A DNA stretch of 64,000 nt from Amoebidium appalachense (lineage: Eukaryota; Protista; Ichthyosporea), in assembly GCA_963693365.1 (NCBI GenBank), contig CAVNZM010000002.1:8281059-8345058 (forward strand), in the 5' to 3' direction. Below, piece after piece: positions 1-14,948 of the stretch (its first letter is position 1; each line of letters starts with the position of its first letter). Position numbers and translations under genes: made by a program. The notes beneath the pieces are model-generated. The model worked only from the letters and a program-made list of their open reading frames with translations, was not told where the DNA came from and made no database searches.

Positions 1-1381
1 CAATATGGCATTTCAATGCGTGCTAGAGAACAGGGTGTGTATACATATGTGCATGTCACGGTGTGTGCGTCTGCGTGTTTGTCTGTGTGTGAGTGGACGT
101 GTATGTATGCCATGTGACGTGTGCTTATTATGCCTGTGTAAACAGTTGCAATTGTGTGTGTGTATGTCAATGATTGAGAGTCTTCTTAAATTCCCTGGTG
201 CAGACCTGCACGCGTTTGCCTACAGTACCGTGGCATGTGTGCTTGTATCATGAGTGATATGAGTGTGTGTGTCTGTTGTTGGTGATGCATGGCTTGCATG
301 ATGGCGTATGATGCATGTATGATTTCCGCAAGACAGTTTACGCGCCCGGGGGGCAGGGGGAGGGGGGGGGGGGGGGGGGGGGGATATCATATTAGAGCGA
401 GAGTTAAGGGGGGGGGGGGGGGGGGGGGGATAAGTGGAGCATGCAGAAAGAAGAAAAGGAATTCTGAACTTTAAGTGCTATGTGTGCGTGTGGGCAAATT
501 TGAATCATTACATATGTGCCACCACAAAGATTGGCATCTACTACTAATGATAACCGTGCAGCAGTCTGTGAGCGTGCCCGAGAGCGTGCGTGCTCATGAT
601 CATGCGTGTGTGTGCCTGCATGCGTGTATGTGCGTATGTGCGTGATACGTGTGCAGTGGGTGGCTGCATGCACGAAATATGGTTTTGTTTTTCTCCTGCA
701 GCTATCTGTTTAACGTAATTGCACGGTGTATCTGTGGTGTGTGTGTGTGTGTGGAGTACGTGCGCTGGCAGCACCCGTGCATGACGCATGCGTGTGTACA
801 TATGTGCGTGCTTGTGTGTGTGTGAAAGCCTGAATGATTTTGTGTGTGTGTGGGGGGGGGGGGGGAGGGGGGGAGGGGGGGGCGCGTGGGGGGGGGGATG
901 GGGGGGGGGGGGGGGGGGGGGGGGAGGAGATGCCTAGCCCTGGCAGCAGGTCACAGAGCCCGATATCGATGATGTTAAATACTGTGATCATTAGTGGATA
1001 TAGAGAAAGTGCCAATAGCACCATTTTAAGTTTTCAGGTTGATTTCCAATATATGCATACATGATATCATGAGTCATTTTTGGGTTATCCCTCCGATCCC
1101 TGGCCATGGGTGGGTGTGGTCCCCCCCCCTTCTCCCCCCCCCCCCCCCCCCCCCCTCTCTCCTCCCCTCAAAAGTTAGGTTTGTGAATGATGGTTTAGCT
1201 TAGCTGAGCACGTAGATAGCACCCTATTAAACTAGTGTATTGTCGGTGCTGTGTGGTAGACGGTTCCCGCGCGAGGGCCTAAAAAGTCGGGTCTTCAGGG
1301 ATCCGGTGTAACAACTTGTGACGTGATAAAATAAAAATCAAAAAAAATTCTGCTAGAGGAGCCGGGCCCCGCGGGGGACGG

Positions 1382-1435
<54 letters not shown>

Positions 1436-2785
1436 ACCCGGCCACCAGGGGTTTCCCAAAGTTTTTTTTGGCGATTCCCGCCGGACGACTTTTCCCCCGC
1501 TACCTCTGACCTCCTCCGCAATAACATAACTCAAAACTAAAATTCGAGCCCTGGAGGGGAACATATTATGCGTTGCATTACATACCAAAGCGGTTATCGT
1601 GAACCAATCGGGCTCCTTTTGTCATCTACATAATATACATTACAGACGACAGGTCGGGACCGCAGCCTCGGTCAGAGATAACCAATTAAAACGATATTGT
1701 ACCTGCAGGTGGGTGTTTGCAGGTTCAGCATTTCTGTGAGTTAAGCACCCTCTTTATCTGCCCAGGAACTAGGTTTACTAAGATGTTCAAAGAATAATCA
1801 CGTCTATCACAACTCCTTTCCCTAACTTCATTAACGAGTGCTATGGTATGGATGACGAAAGGATTTCGAGCCCCGGAGGAATTCGCCAGGGAGCATCCAA
1901 ATGCCCTACGGTGGTGGTCCGACGACGCGGTCAACGTTTCTGCGCTTTTGAACTAAAACTCTTTATAAATAAAGAAACGAATTCAAAACATATCACCGAT
2001 AGGAACCTTATCTACGAAGAAAATGGTGTTTTTTAATTTATCAACCCGAGGGCCGAGAGTCGTTGTGCCCTTGCCCTTCAATTTATCTCCGGTATTAGGC
2101 TTTAGCCCTCCGGTGCAGCGGCGCCAATCATATCGTTGTATAATTTGATTGGTGCTCGGTGGTTTGAGGCTCAATCGGGGGGTCGAGTTTTGAAATTCGA
2201 AGTCTAGCTCAAAACAGTCCTCTAGTATTAGCCGTCATTACAGCATTAACAAGCTTACAAAGTTGATTAAGATCATACTTGTTATGTTAGTATAAATTAT
2301 AAAGCAAAATCATAGTCAATATGTGAAATATAAGCTTTATTATAAATTCTGCCCAAGAATATCTTTTTCAAAAAAAAAAAATAAGTCGAGATTCTCTTCT
2401 ACTCTGATCAGTATAGGGAGAGATGTTGACATTCCACTCGAGTATATAAACAGCGGTGGCAGGGGACCGTATACGCGCAGCACTCGAGCTTCAGGACACG
2501 CTCCACAACCATAAACGTTGTTGATATTCTTCGGCCTAACTATTTCGATGGTGGCCGGGCTTTTCTCTTTGGAAAAACTGTATAGGTTTGAAAACCTGCT
2601 TATGGAGTTCCAAATGATACATTTAACTACAAAAAGAATATGCAAATAGACAAACTGACGTCAAGATAATTCAACCAGGCTCCCCCACGTGTCAAGAGAA
2701 CAGTTACATTAACATTTAGCTAACACTCGTCACACCTTATTTATTTTTTTATTATTATTTTTTATTTTTCAGTGAAAATTGCACG

Positions 2786-4402
2786 ATGACGTTCCTTATC
2801 GAATTCATTCGTGATATCAATCGAAATGTCTCCCTCACAATACTGTCCACTCTATTGGCAGGCATTGCTGTTGGCATGACAGCCAGCACCATTCAGTCTC
2901 CATTCATCGGTGCACTCACACAATCAGCAGGGTATATTGGGTACATTTCAATGGCACAGGGTTTTGCACGGTTTTTAGTCTCATACCCATCTGGTTATCT
3001 CGCAGACCGTTTTGGCCGCGCGATTGTTCTCCGCTATTCCGGAATCGTCGGTGTCGCCGGTGCTGCACTGCAAATGGTAGCACTCTGTGAGCCTTTTGGG
3101 GCAACTGCATGGCAGCAAACATACGCCCTTCTCGCCGTGGGTATTTGCATGCAGGAAGTCTATGTTGGCACCTCGCAGCCACCAATGATTGCTCTCTACG
3201 CTGACTCTATCAAGCCGGGTAGGCGGTCCATGTACGAGGCTGCACGGCAAATCGCCAACCTGCTGGCGTGCACCATCGGCCCGGTGTTGAACATGGTCAT
3301 TTTCTCGTTGTATGGAAACACGTGGTCCATGTCCCTTATGCGTCTTGTTTATTTCATCGGCATGTGCGTGCTTGTGGCTTCCATGGCCCCCCTCCCCTTC
3401 TTCAAAGATATGTGGTCCCACCAGACCGCCTTGGATGCCGAGTTTCGCAAGGACGCTGATAGTATCTGCACGGATGGCCAAACGGACAAGAAAACAACCG
3501 AGCACATGAACACGGAAACCAGCTCTCCCTGCCCTCTCATTTTGGCCGACGGGCCTAGTGTAATTGAGCCGCAGAATGAAACGACCACAACGGAAGCGAC
3601 CTCACTCGGCAGCCCGTCCAAAATCAACATTCTTTTTGGCGAAGACAGCAAGAAGCCAAAAGATGAGCGGACGCCACACGAAACAGCTCTGCCTCTTGAA
3701 GAAGATGCAGTTACGAGCAAGTTTACATGCCGTTTTAAATTTCCAAGTGTATCGCTTGAATACGTCCCACACATGCTCATTCTTGCGGATTTGCTTGATC
3801 TAACGGGGACGGGTATTGCCAACCGATACGACACCCTGTTTCTCACACAGGAGCTCACGATGTCCCCAACATCTCTCAGTGCTCAAATTCTTCTTCAGAC
3901 TTTGTTTTCAGCAATTGTCGTTGTTCTTGCAAGTGTGATTGCTAGGTATATTGGCCGTCTGCGTTCCATGTTACTTTTAAGAACCCTTAGCGTCGCTATG
4001 GTAATGTGTATGGGCACTTGCCTTGCATTTTGGACAACCTACCCCCTCCTCTTTTGCACCATTCACCTTGTGCGCACGAGTTGCCAGGTTGGAACCTACC
4101 CTCTCATGAACTCACTTCTTATGGATCACGTACCGTCGAATCAACTCGCTAAGTGGTTTGGTATTCAAAACATGCTCTACCTTGCGAGCTATGGCGCTGC
4201 CTCTGTCGGTGGTATTATTCTTGATAGGTTGGGGTTCCAGGCTCTGTTTCTCGTTACTGGCTCTATTCGGTGCTTGGGCCTACTGCCTTTGCTTGCTATT
4301 TTCTCTGTTACCAAGGAAGAAAACGATGTTGTTGTTGATAGCAAAGAGCAGGAGGAGACAAACAAGAGTGTGGATGGTAAGCCACTTCCCCCTGCTGCAT
4401 AG
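2786..4402 (+). CDS. Major facilitator superfamily (MFS) transporter, 538 aa, intronless
   Basis: Long clean ORF. Two hydrophobic halves are separated by a hydrophilic loop. MFS motif A appears as 'GYLADRFGRA' and its second-half echo 'IARYIGRLR', with a late 'GIILDRLG'. Confidence 0.92.
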   Translation: MTFLIEFIRDINRNVSLTILSTLLAGIAVGMTASTIQSPFIGALTQSAGYIGYISMAQGFARFLVSYPSGYLADRFGRAIVLRYSGIVGVAGAALQMVALCEPFGATAWQQTYALLAVGICMQEVYVGTSQPPMIALYADSIKPGRRSMYEAARQIANLLACTIGPVLNMVIFSLYGNTWSMSLMRLVYFIGMCVLVASMAPLPFFKDMWSHQTALDAEFRKDADSICTDGQTDKKTTEHMNTETSSPCPLILADGPSVIEPQNETTTTEATSLGSPSKINILFGEDSKKPKDERTPHETALPLEEDAVTSKFTCRFKFPSVSLEYVPHMLILADLLDLTGTGIANRYDTLFLTQELTMSPTSLSAQILLQTLFSAIVVVLASVIARYIGRLRSMLLLRTLSVAMVMCMGTCLAFWTTYPLLFCTIHLVRTSCQVGTYPLMNSLLMDHVPSNQLAKWFGIQNMLYLASYGAASVGGIILDRLGFQALFLVTGSIRCLGLLPLLAIFSVTKEENDVVVDSKEQEETNKSVDGKPLPPAA

Positions 4403-4829
4403 AAATTTTATATCGGTGAAACTTAGTTGTGATGCCTACACTGTATATATCAATGAAACTTAGTTGTGTGAAACACTGTATATATGCCCCAGTTCGCCAC
4501 CTTGTATATACCTGTATCTATGAATGGAAAATGCTTGAATGAAAATGTAAATAAGAGCTCACTTAGATGTACCATATGTAGTTTTAGGCTTTGATGTTAT
4601 TCCCCAGACGTGACTACATATTAGTAACTGCTGTGCACGATGGCGGAATCATTGTGTTTGCGTCGAATTTTCCTGTCAAAACGATAAAGTTAACTGAAAA
4701 CGTCAAAAAATCACTGCTGGCAATTGTTGTGCCTTGTTATCTGTGGCGTGGCATGTGACGTAAGCCCTTCTCTGTTGAACACATCATGTAAACAGAGTCT
4801 CGTAGGCACCTATGAGCAATAGCGCACGC

Positions 4830-4952
<123 letters not shown>

Positions 4953-5011
4953 AGGGAAGAAAGTGGTATGTAGGCGTTTCTTATTTTAATTTAATTAAGT
5001 TATTTATCTAT

Positions 5012-5066
<55 letters not shown>

Positions 5067-5783
5067 TTTTTTGTGTCAGTGTGTGTGTGTGTGTGTGTGT
5101 TTGTGCGTCACTGTGTGTGTTTGGCATGTGTGTATGTGCACGGCCCGGCTTGGGAATGTGTGTTTCAGTGTGTGGCACATGCGCAGATGGGGTGGTAGGA
5201 AGTGCCGGTTGTGTTAGGAGAACTTGAGGTGTTTTTATGGCATAAAGAGGGATAGGGGGGGGGGGGGGGGGGGGGGGCGTGGGGAGGTGGGGCAGGAAGG
5301 AGGGAAGCTGGAGGGGGGGCGGGGGGGGGGGGGGGGTAGGGGGGGTAGGGGAGGAGGGAGGAGGATGACAGTGAAGGACGGTTGTATTTATTGGTTGAAG
5401 CCTTTCAGTGTTTTTATAAGTGAACAGGTATGTCTGGCAGAAAAAAGGGACGTCGAAATGATTCAGTGAGTAAAAATGAAGAGAATACTTGCCAAATGAT
5501 ATGTCCAACCACAGTAGGCTCTATGAGTATGTGCGTGTGTCATGATTCAGGGTAAAATGATTGATTGAATACAGTACCACAGGATCCTGGGAAAATGTGG
5601 GCAACAGGTGGGGAGGGGCCCCGGGGGCTCGGGGGGGGGGGGGGGGGGGGGGAGGGGAGGGGGGGGGGGGGGGGATTGGAAAATGGTACATGATGTGTAG
5701 CAGTATACATGGATTAACTGTTTGGTAAATTGAATGCACAGACGGGATGTAAGCACATTCTATTCCCTTGTGATTTTATTCCG

Positions 5784-5829
<46 letters not shown>

Positions 5830-6280
5830 CGTGGGATTTTATTTTTTTCCCCTTAACGTTTCTCTTTGAGAGAACCGTGGACCACGGTGACCAGGAATGT
5901 GAGATGATGGGATATTCATAGCTATGCCAGTGGCCAGATCCGACCTAGGGGGGAGGGGGGGGGGGGGGGGGAGGGGAAGGGGGGAGAAGGGGGGAGGGGG
6001 GGAGGAGGGGGGGGGGGGGGGGGAGGGGGAGGGGGAGGGTTCAGGGCTGATGTGTGCGAGTGAGTGTGTGTGTGACTCACACCGATGCACTGGCGTGAGT
6101 GTGTCTATGTGCGAGTCCTTGTGCGCGTGAAGAGGCACATGTGCCTAGTTGGCAGGGGATAAATATGTGTGTCAGAGTCCCCGAGGAGAAGCGTGTCCTT
6201 CAGGCCTCTATCTCTTTTCCATCCCTCTCTGCCTCCCTTCCTCCCTTCCCCCCCCCCCCCCCCCCCCCTCTCCCTCTGGC

Positions 6281-6672
<392 letters not shown>

Positions 6673-7195
6673 CCCCCCCCACCCCGTCGACGTCGCAGCC
6701 TTCCCCCCCCCCTTCCCCCTCCCTCTTCCTCTCTCTCCGAGACTATCTTAATCTGTCTGTGCGTCGGAGTGGGAGCCCATGCATGCATTACGGCTACGTG
6801 CATACGGGATGTGTGCACCCGTATCATAGTAGTGGAAGTCAGTGTCACGGTATGTGTGTGTGCACATCGGTCCGTATATTGATATGTGGATTGTCCCTTT
6901 GTGTGTGTGTGTACGTGTGTGTGCGTGTATGTGTGTGTGTGTGTGTTTGTGTCTGTGCTTCGGTGCGTGTGTGTGCGTGTTTGTGTGTGCACGTGTGTGC
7001 ATGCGTGTGCGTGTGTGTGTGCGTGTGTGTATGCGAGCGTGTGTGTCAGTGTGTGTGTGCGTGTGTGTGTGCGTGCGTCTGTGTGTGCGTGTGTATTATG
7101 CGTGTGTGCTTGTGACACGTGTATGTTTGGGTGCATGTGTGTGTGTGTGAGCCTTGTATGTGGCTGTGTGTTGCGTGTGTCACAGTGTGTGTGCG

Positions 7196-7238
<43 letters not shown>

Positions 7239-7483
7239 TGTGCATGTGCACGTGTGTGTGAGCCTGTGTTTCCGTTTGTATGCGCATGTTTGCGTGTATG
7301 TGTGTATTAGCCTAGTCTCCAAGGATATGTACCCACTGGCTTACGTAAGTGGCCGGGCACTACTACGCCACGGTGCGGCAACCAAAAAAAAGAAAAAAAA
7401 GAAAAAAAATTGCCGCAGGGATGACAGCACTCAGAGTGACTAGTATTAGCAGCTACTACTCGGTCTCCGGGGGGGGGGATTTC

Positions 7484-7527
<44 letters not shown>

Positions 7528-8594
7528 GTGGTAGAGGAAAACTGTGTGGGCGGCCAATGATTCACACTGTGGCTATTGGAACTGGAACATCACCAAACAT
7601 TTTCCCACATTTTTTCCCCTATGTACACGTTCTGAACATGCAGGGAGTCCGGGGTCACGTGGTGACTGGTGAACATAATATTTGGGAATTGGCCCGTGAT
7701 CTCCCGACGAGACTCCCGTGCGGGTTATGCTGGGGCTGACAACATTCCATTCAACATTCCATGTCCACTTGGAGCGCTGGGATGCCACGCGTGACGCGGC
7801 CGGGGCAGGGGCTTGAAATAAAAAACCCATATACATATATATATTAGTGTTTTGGACCCTGACACAACGGTAGCGATTTATTATTTTCTATATGAATAAA
7901 GAGGTTTTATAATAAGTGACCGTTTTCGCAGCAGTGGGGTCGTGCGGTCCCATTCGATCGCGACCGAACCCATGTGAGCATGTACCGTACAGTATGACAT
8001 GTGAGTCGTACGTCGACACAGTAGAGTTAAAAAAATTGTTACCTACTTGCTGAAAGAAAACAGTGCTTGATGGCAGTATCTTTAGCATAAAAAAAGGCCC
8101 GTTCTTTTATGGTGTTGCGGAGAAATAAAGACCACCAATGTTGTTAACCCCTTAAGAAGCGTGCCCAAAGTCTGCACACGTGCTTGTGCAGGAATGTGTA
8201 CATGTATTTTTAGCCTCTGGCATGTGCCCAATACACACGAAGATTTGGCTTACATGCTGACTGCATCATTAGGCTATTTTTATGGTCCTTTCTCTCATCG
8301 TGTTGATACATTATCCGAAACTTTTATAAGCGACGCTTATAACTCCTACAAATCTTACGTATTTTCGTATATATGTACATAGTGGCTCTAAATGTAGAGT
8401 CGATTTGTACTGGGCCGGGCCGTGACTGTATTAGTGCACATTCAAAGTTCATGAGAATTCGAAGGTTCCCAGGCTGGGGACAACTAGGGACAGAAGCACC
8501 AAATGGCTTGCAGCAATAAAAAGAAGTGCTACATCAGAGCGTCAGCAGTGTTCGCATGGGGCAGTTTACTAGCACGGGTAGTTGTGAGTAAAAA

Positions 8595-9233
8595 ATGAAA
8601 ATGATGTCTCTTCTCCCTTTCATGCTCCTTTCCGTAGCCGCCGTTTGTAGCTACGGTATGGCCACACTCTCAGACCCGCAAGTGCAAGGTAGGGCGGCAG
8701 CAACCAACCTGTGCAGCGCAGGCCCCAACTACTGGTGTCAAAACTCAACAACCGCAAGCCAGTGCGCGAGTAGCTTGTCTTCTACCACAGGGTGCACACA
8801 GTATTGCAACCTTCCACTCGAGTACCCTAACCTCTGGAACAACACCTACTGTAAAGGCATCAACAGCGGAACAAATCTGGTGCCTTGTTCTCTCGGCCCA
8901 AAGGTCTATTGCATAACCATGAGCATGCTCCTTTCCTGCCACCAATCGAACTCTATTCCGCAGTGTTTCGCATACTGTGATGTCTACAGGGACCTTTCGA
9001 GAAACAGTCTTTTCTGTAAGTACATCTCCACGACCTTTGGTAGCCCATGCCTGAGGGGGCCTGCATATTACTGCGCTTCGAAGACCAATCTGAGCAAGTG
9101 TGGTATGACCGCCAAGATGAGCCAATGCCAGAGCTTGTGCAACCAAACGTCTACCTACCCATACCTTCAATATAGCAACATTTGCAACCCGGGCTACTCG
9201 ACACTGTACGGCGCATTGCTTCCTACATACTGA
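8595..9233 (+). CDS. Secreted cysteine-rich protein with three saposin A-type (SapA)-like repeats, 212 aa, intronless
   Basis: N-terminal hydrophobic signal (MKMMSLLPFMLLSVAAVCSYG). Three repeats begin CxxGPxx(W/Y)C (CSAGPNYWCQNSTTASQC; CSLGPKVYC; CLRGPAYYC), matching the SapA consensus CxxGPxxWCxxxxTAxxC. Each repeat has 6 Cys. Confidence 0.8.
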   Translation: MKMMSLLPFMLLSVAAVCSYGMATLSDPQVQGRAAATNLCSAGPNYWCQNSTTASQCASSLSSTTGCTQYCNLPLEYPNLWNNTYCKGINSGTNLVPCSLGPKVYCITMSMLLSCHQSNSIPQCFAYCDVYRDLSRNSLFCKYISTTFGSPCLRGPAYYCASKTNLSKCGMTAKMSQCQSLCNQTSTYPYLQYSNICNPGYSTLYGALLPTY

Positions 9234-10476
9234 ACAAAACGAAGATACTATGCGTCAGGTTTTGGAGGGCAAGAAGTTTATTGACAATACGACACGGCTA
9301 CCGTAGTGCGACAATAATTTATAGAGGAGACTATTCAAAATCTTTCAAAGCATTTCCCTTCAAGTGAACTTTTGTTAGTTAAATTTACGGTCCTACGGAG
9401 AGGTAGCCCTACGTTATTCACTGGTGCATATCGTATTCAAAGTTTTGAGTCGGAGTGTGGTGTTATTGTGCTGTCCTGATGGGCAAATTGCAAATCTGCA
9501 CCAACATGTGACATGATTATGCAGGGTTGGCTATGTAGTCCTCATTGCTTGCCCTATTCAATTGTTACTCGAAGATATATAGTTACAATGCTTTGTTAGT
9601 TTCATGACGTGGTTTTCGAAAGCAATTTAGATACAATTGTTTACAAATTTGTGCGTTCGTATTCAAGTATTAAAAACAACTGCATAAACAGCTATGACTA
9701 GAACCAATTATCCAGACTTCTGCTTCGTTGCTTTTGCAAAGGTTTCCACTCAAAAGGGATCATGGTTGCTGCGACTGACCAAGTTAATTACTCCGAAAAC
9801 CCCTTTTGTCCGTGCGCTGTCCATATGCTGTTAACTAACACAACTGTAAATTCAATACAGTAACTGTAGGTCGGTTTTCTTCGTCGATACAGTAGAACAG
9901 ACACCACATCCCCCCCCCCCCCCCCCCCCCCCCAAACACACACACGCAAAAAACTTTGAATAAGATTATAAAATAATGTAAGGGCACACATACACTCTGT
10001 CTACCCACTTGTGATGATGCTAATCATAAGTGCGCTTCACTGCCTCAGAGGGTGAATTGCATAGTATATGATTTTCGCTACCTTTCCTGCCGCTGTGGAC
10101 TACTCATTCTTGGCTCAGCGACTTATTCATCTTGTTCGTTTTTTCTCACGAAAACTGTGTGTGTCCCCTTCTCCACTCTCCACGGAGTCCACATTCTCTC
10201 GCCTCCCCCTGCCTCCCTCCATCACATGAACGTACGCCCGTGCACACATGCCCATACGCAGTAAGCATACACACACTCTCTATCCCCTTCTCTTTCTCTT
10301 CCTTCCTCCCTCGAGCTCCCTCCCTCCCTCACTCTCTATTTCTCTCTCTCTCTCATAGATACACACACTCTCTATCCCACTCGATCTTTCCCTTTCTTTC
10401 ACACAGACTCTCTCTCTCTTTCTCTCTCTCTTCTCTCTCTCTCTCTGCATGTGCGCATTCTCTCTCTGTCTCCCCA

Positions 10477-10607
<131 letters not shown>

Positions 10608-10924
10608 CCCTCCCCTCTCTCTCTCCCCATGGTCCTCCCTCTCTCAAGGTAACGTACGTGATGTACATGCAGGCTTGGGGTGTGTCCACCCGTGTGATGT
10701 AATTATCCGGTACCTGGTTAGTCGTTTCTTCCGCCATGCATACGGCCCAAGCATCACAGCTCGCTCGTAAATGTCAGTGTAATTACGTGCGCCTACGGGT
10801 GTTCATGTGTGCACGTGTGTGTGGGTTTGTGTGTGCTGCCTATGGCTGCGTCATAACGGTGTCGACAGCGTCATGCGTGCCTACGTTTCTGCACATGGGC
10901 AGCGTGTGTGGACCACCTGCTCGT

Positions 10925-10984
<60 letters not shown>

Positions 10985-11997
10985 TGTGTTTGTGTGTGTG
11001 TGTGTCTGTGTGTGTCTGTGTGTGTGTGTGTTGTATGTGTGCACGCCTGTGTGTCTGCGCACGCGCGCGCGCGTGTGTGTTTGTGTGTGTTTGTGTGTGT
11101 GCGTGTGTGTTTGTGCCGTGTGTTGCATGTTCTTGTGTGTGTGTGTGTGTGTATATGAATGCCCTTGCAAGGGGGGGGGGGGGGGGGGTACAGAGGGGCA
11201 GGAGCAGGCTCGATACCGTTGAAAGAAAACAGTTTTCCCCATGCCAACACGCAGTGCCATGTGGCTTTCTTCAGCACGGCATGTCTATTTTTAGTTCATT
11301 AGTTTTGCACCAGGGTGTTGCTAAGCAACTCCGGCACAAACCGAACACATCGATCGTAATATATCGGCCCCATATGCAATTGTACGTGCAAGTATTAGTG
11401 CTACTGCTGAAACATGATGTGGTTGACCCTTTACTACGTGCTGTTTTTGCCATTATTCGTGGTGCTTTGCGCCAAGAGGAACTGCTTATGGGCCTATATT
11501 TGTGCTGCAAGCTGCCACACGTGTTTGCTGGAACACATTTGTGTGTTTGCCCAAAGTGTCGAATGGATTGAATTTCACCTTAAAGTTCAAGTTCAGCGCG
11601 AAATAGATCCCACCTTCTGATTGGTGTACCTAAAACCAACAACGGCTTTTGATTGGTGGTCAAATGAGCCACATACACCCTAGCGCAAAAAGATTCCCAA
11701 AGTTTGATTTTGCGACTATAGGAAAAATGTTTAAAAAAGAATTTTTGTTTAGAGCCCTTCGATCTAGGAGAACAGCGTCATCGGCTCGGGTGGTTTTCAC
11801 CAGTTCCCCAGCAACCACGTGTACACGTTTTGATGCGAGTTATAGCGCAATGACGTAGGTGGGGCAGCACCGGCCTCTGTAGAGGCATAAAACATAGCAA
11901 AATGGCAGCAGCCGCAGCGCTCGGGGGTATTTTGACGCTGAATCATACGCCAAAATCTTTCACACCAGAGGTAAAACTGCAGGGCAAGTTGAAGACA

Positions 11998-14579
11998 ATG
12001 AATACACGTTTTTTTTCCGGTTTGGTGGCGTGTCTGGTCACTATTATGGGTCCCTGGGGAGCCGATGGTTGCCAGTGTTTGACTGTGCTAAGAACGACAT
12101 GTGCAAAGCTGGCAAGTCAGCCTAATACCATACGCCTGAGGATCGACAGAATAAGAAGAAGGTGAGTTTTTTTTTACAATAATAAAGCCCTCGCCTTTGC
12201 ATCCCTTATCTATTCTTGAGCTGTGTGCAAAACACTTTTCCATAGTTACTGTGTGGTAGCTAAGCAGGTGTCAACCGAGACCCAATACATATGAACGTAT
12301 GCTGACCTACCTGAAATTTGGTGGATAGTTACCTGTTGGAATACCTGCCCTTTGGGCCATCTCTCTAACTCTGTTGAAAAATCTGCACTATCAGGTACCA
12401 AACGAAAAAAAAACACCCTCAAATTACTAGAATGCATATGTTCCCCGGGACTTGGAATGCCAACCCACAAAAATGGTCGAACAGCCAACACGGAGCAAAA
12501 AAAAAAAAAAAAAAAAAAAAAGCGCAAAAAAGACAGTAGGTATCCACACACCAGCACCCTAAAGCGGTGTATGTGCATGCAACCACAACCATACATACCG
12601 ACAAGCACACACACAAGTCCGCATACCCTGTGTCCACTCGCCGGGGGAAAGTTCATGTACGTGCCTGCACGGGTTGTTCCTCTTTCCCCCTCCCCCCCCC
12701 CCCTGTACACCCCCCCCCCCCCTTTCTTTGCATCCCTTTCATACGGAAAAACACACACACGTAGAAACCCCTTTGTGACAAACCACACACACACACATAC
12801 ACACGGTTGTGAATCAACACACATGTGCTCGCAATCGCAATCATGGCCCATTATGTATGCACACTTACACAAGGATCGAATTGAGCCATTAAGTACATGC
12901 ATGAGGTATGTTAGGCGGTAAAATTATGGACTACCATATCTGCCTGGCGCACAGAGTGGACAAACACATGCCGCATGAATACTACCAAAACAATGAAATT
13001 CATTATTTGGTCGAACAATAAAACCATGTAGAAGGCCTGAGATAAATCTAGAGCATTGGTGTCATGTAGTTATGCGGGAGGCGGCACTGAAATGGTTCAG
13101 TGTGGCGGTGAGTATGCATTTGCCGTGTATCGGTTCTTTTGTTCACATATCCCAAAGTGTGCCCTCCAACACCAACACCAAGTCTTAGACCTTCGTCATT
13201 CAAGCTCAGCTGGGTTTTCATGGCTAGCATTACGGTGTTGTGATTGGTTCACAATATGGGGGTTTAGGCCGTCCGTAAGGCGGCACTGTGTCGTTCTTCA
13301 CATCAAAAACTTCTATTCCGCCTGCTATTGCTAAGCATTGGGACAAAAGTAATTGGCTGATATCAAAGCAGGTTTTTTTTTTTTGTGTGTGTGTGTGTCT
13401 GTGCAGGGAGGTGGAAGAGGGAAGAGGGGGGGAGGGGGGGGGGGGGGGGGGGGAGGAGAAGAGGGCATGACCGTGGTCTTGATGGAAAGGAGAGGTGGGG
13501 GGAGGGGGGGGGCAGGGGGATGATGCACGAATCTTTTTTATTTTTTATTTTTATTTTTTTTCGGGGGGGGGAGGGGGGGGGGGGGGGGGGGGGAGGGGGG
13601 GGGGGGGAAAGTGAGGCACATGATGGGATGCTAGCGAGTGGCTGGAACATAGCACTGCAGCATGCCGCCCGTAATTCCAAACCCTGACTCTAACCCTGCC
13701 TGCCGCAGGAGCAACCGCATTCGCTACACAGCCTCCGTGCTCGAAGTCTTTCTCAGTGACGTCATCTCAAAGGTTCGCCTCTAACCCCCCCTCCCCCTGC
13801 CTCTCTTTCAATCCCGTCTCCCCCCCCCTTCCCCCCCTCCCCCCCCCCCCCCCTTCCCCCCATCCTTCCCCTTCTAAACACGCGCCCACACACTCAAACA
13901 CCCACCCATACATATACCAACACAGAGACACGCACACACACTGTGACACGCGTGCACACAAACACAAACACTTCAACACACACACACATCCATGGCATAC
14001 CTTCACAAACTACGACAGGCAACAACGTGCCAAATCGCTCATCCCAATCCCCCCCCCCCCTCCCCCACCCTCTCCCTCCCCCCTCCCCCCTCCCCCTGTC
14101 TCCACCCCACCCCCTCTACCCAACCCCACCCAAACACACACAAATCCCCTCCCGCCATTTTCCTCCATGCCTAGACGACAAACAGTACTATGCGCACGGC
14201 ATTAGATCACGGTAAAGAATAGCACCCGGTAATCTAGATGCATGACATTAACCCCCTGTGGTTGGACAGGGAGACACGGTGACGCTTGAAACCAACAACG
14301 ACACCATCTCATGTGGCATACCGACGCTCAAAAAGAAGGACACTATCGTCGCCTCCCTCCCTGAAAAATTCGAGGAATTCCCCGAATATCGTCTGAGTGC
14401 ATGCAACTACTATTCCTCTTGGAAAGAGGCTCAACGCACGGCAGATTTTGCGTTTCTTCGAACGCTGAAAAGAGAGAGGGCCTTGGATCGGTGTGGGTGC
14501 ATTGACCCCCTGACAGAACATGAGGTTTTGGATGGGTGGTCCGGCGTGGGAAAGATTGCCAACACAACGGTGTGTTGGT

Positions 14580-14623
<44 letters not shown>

Positions 14624-14948
14624 CCCCGCCCCCCAACCCCGATCTGATGCTCAAATCACCCCCCTTCTCCTCCACACCCACCACCTCCATTCCTCATTCT
14701 CACCTGTATTCACGAACCAATCCTACCGTGGTAATTTACGATCTCTTAGAAAATACTTCTTTGCTCACTTTTACCTTCCCCCCCCCCCCCCCCCCCTCCT
14801 CCCCAGGTCGAAACTCGGGTACTGTGGATGACGTGGGCCCCCCCTGAGGATGGGCTCTGCTTATTATGCATCCTCTTTATGTATGGCTTGCATTCTGCAT
14901 CGTGTTATCCGTTTGTTCTTGTGTACTTCGTACTTTTTGACGCATTCA

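Noticed and set aside
11200-11620. High-complexity stretch with short ORFs on both strands
   Set aside because: No recognisable motif or consistent splice pattern.
14807-14880. Possible extra TIMP-like exon after CCCCAG (VETRVLWMTWAPPEDG...)
   Set aside because: The sequence is the dispersed repeat copy C; the 16029-16100 exon completes the cysteine pattern better.
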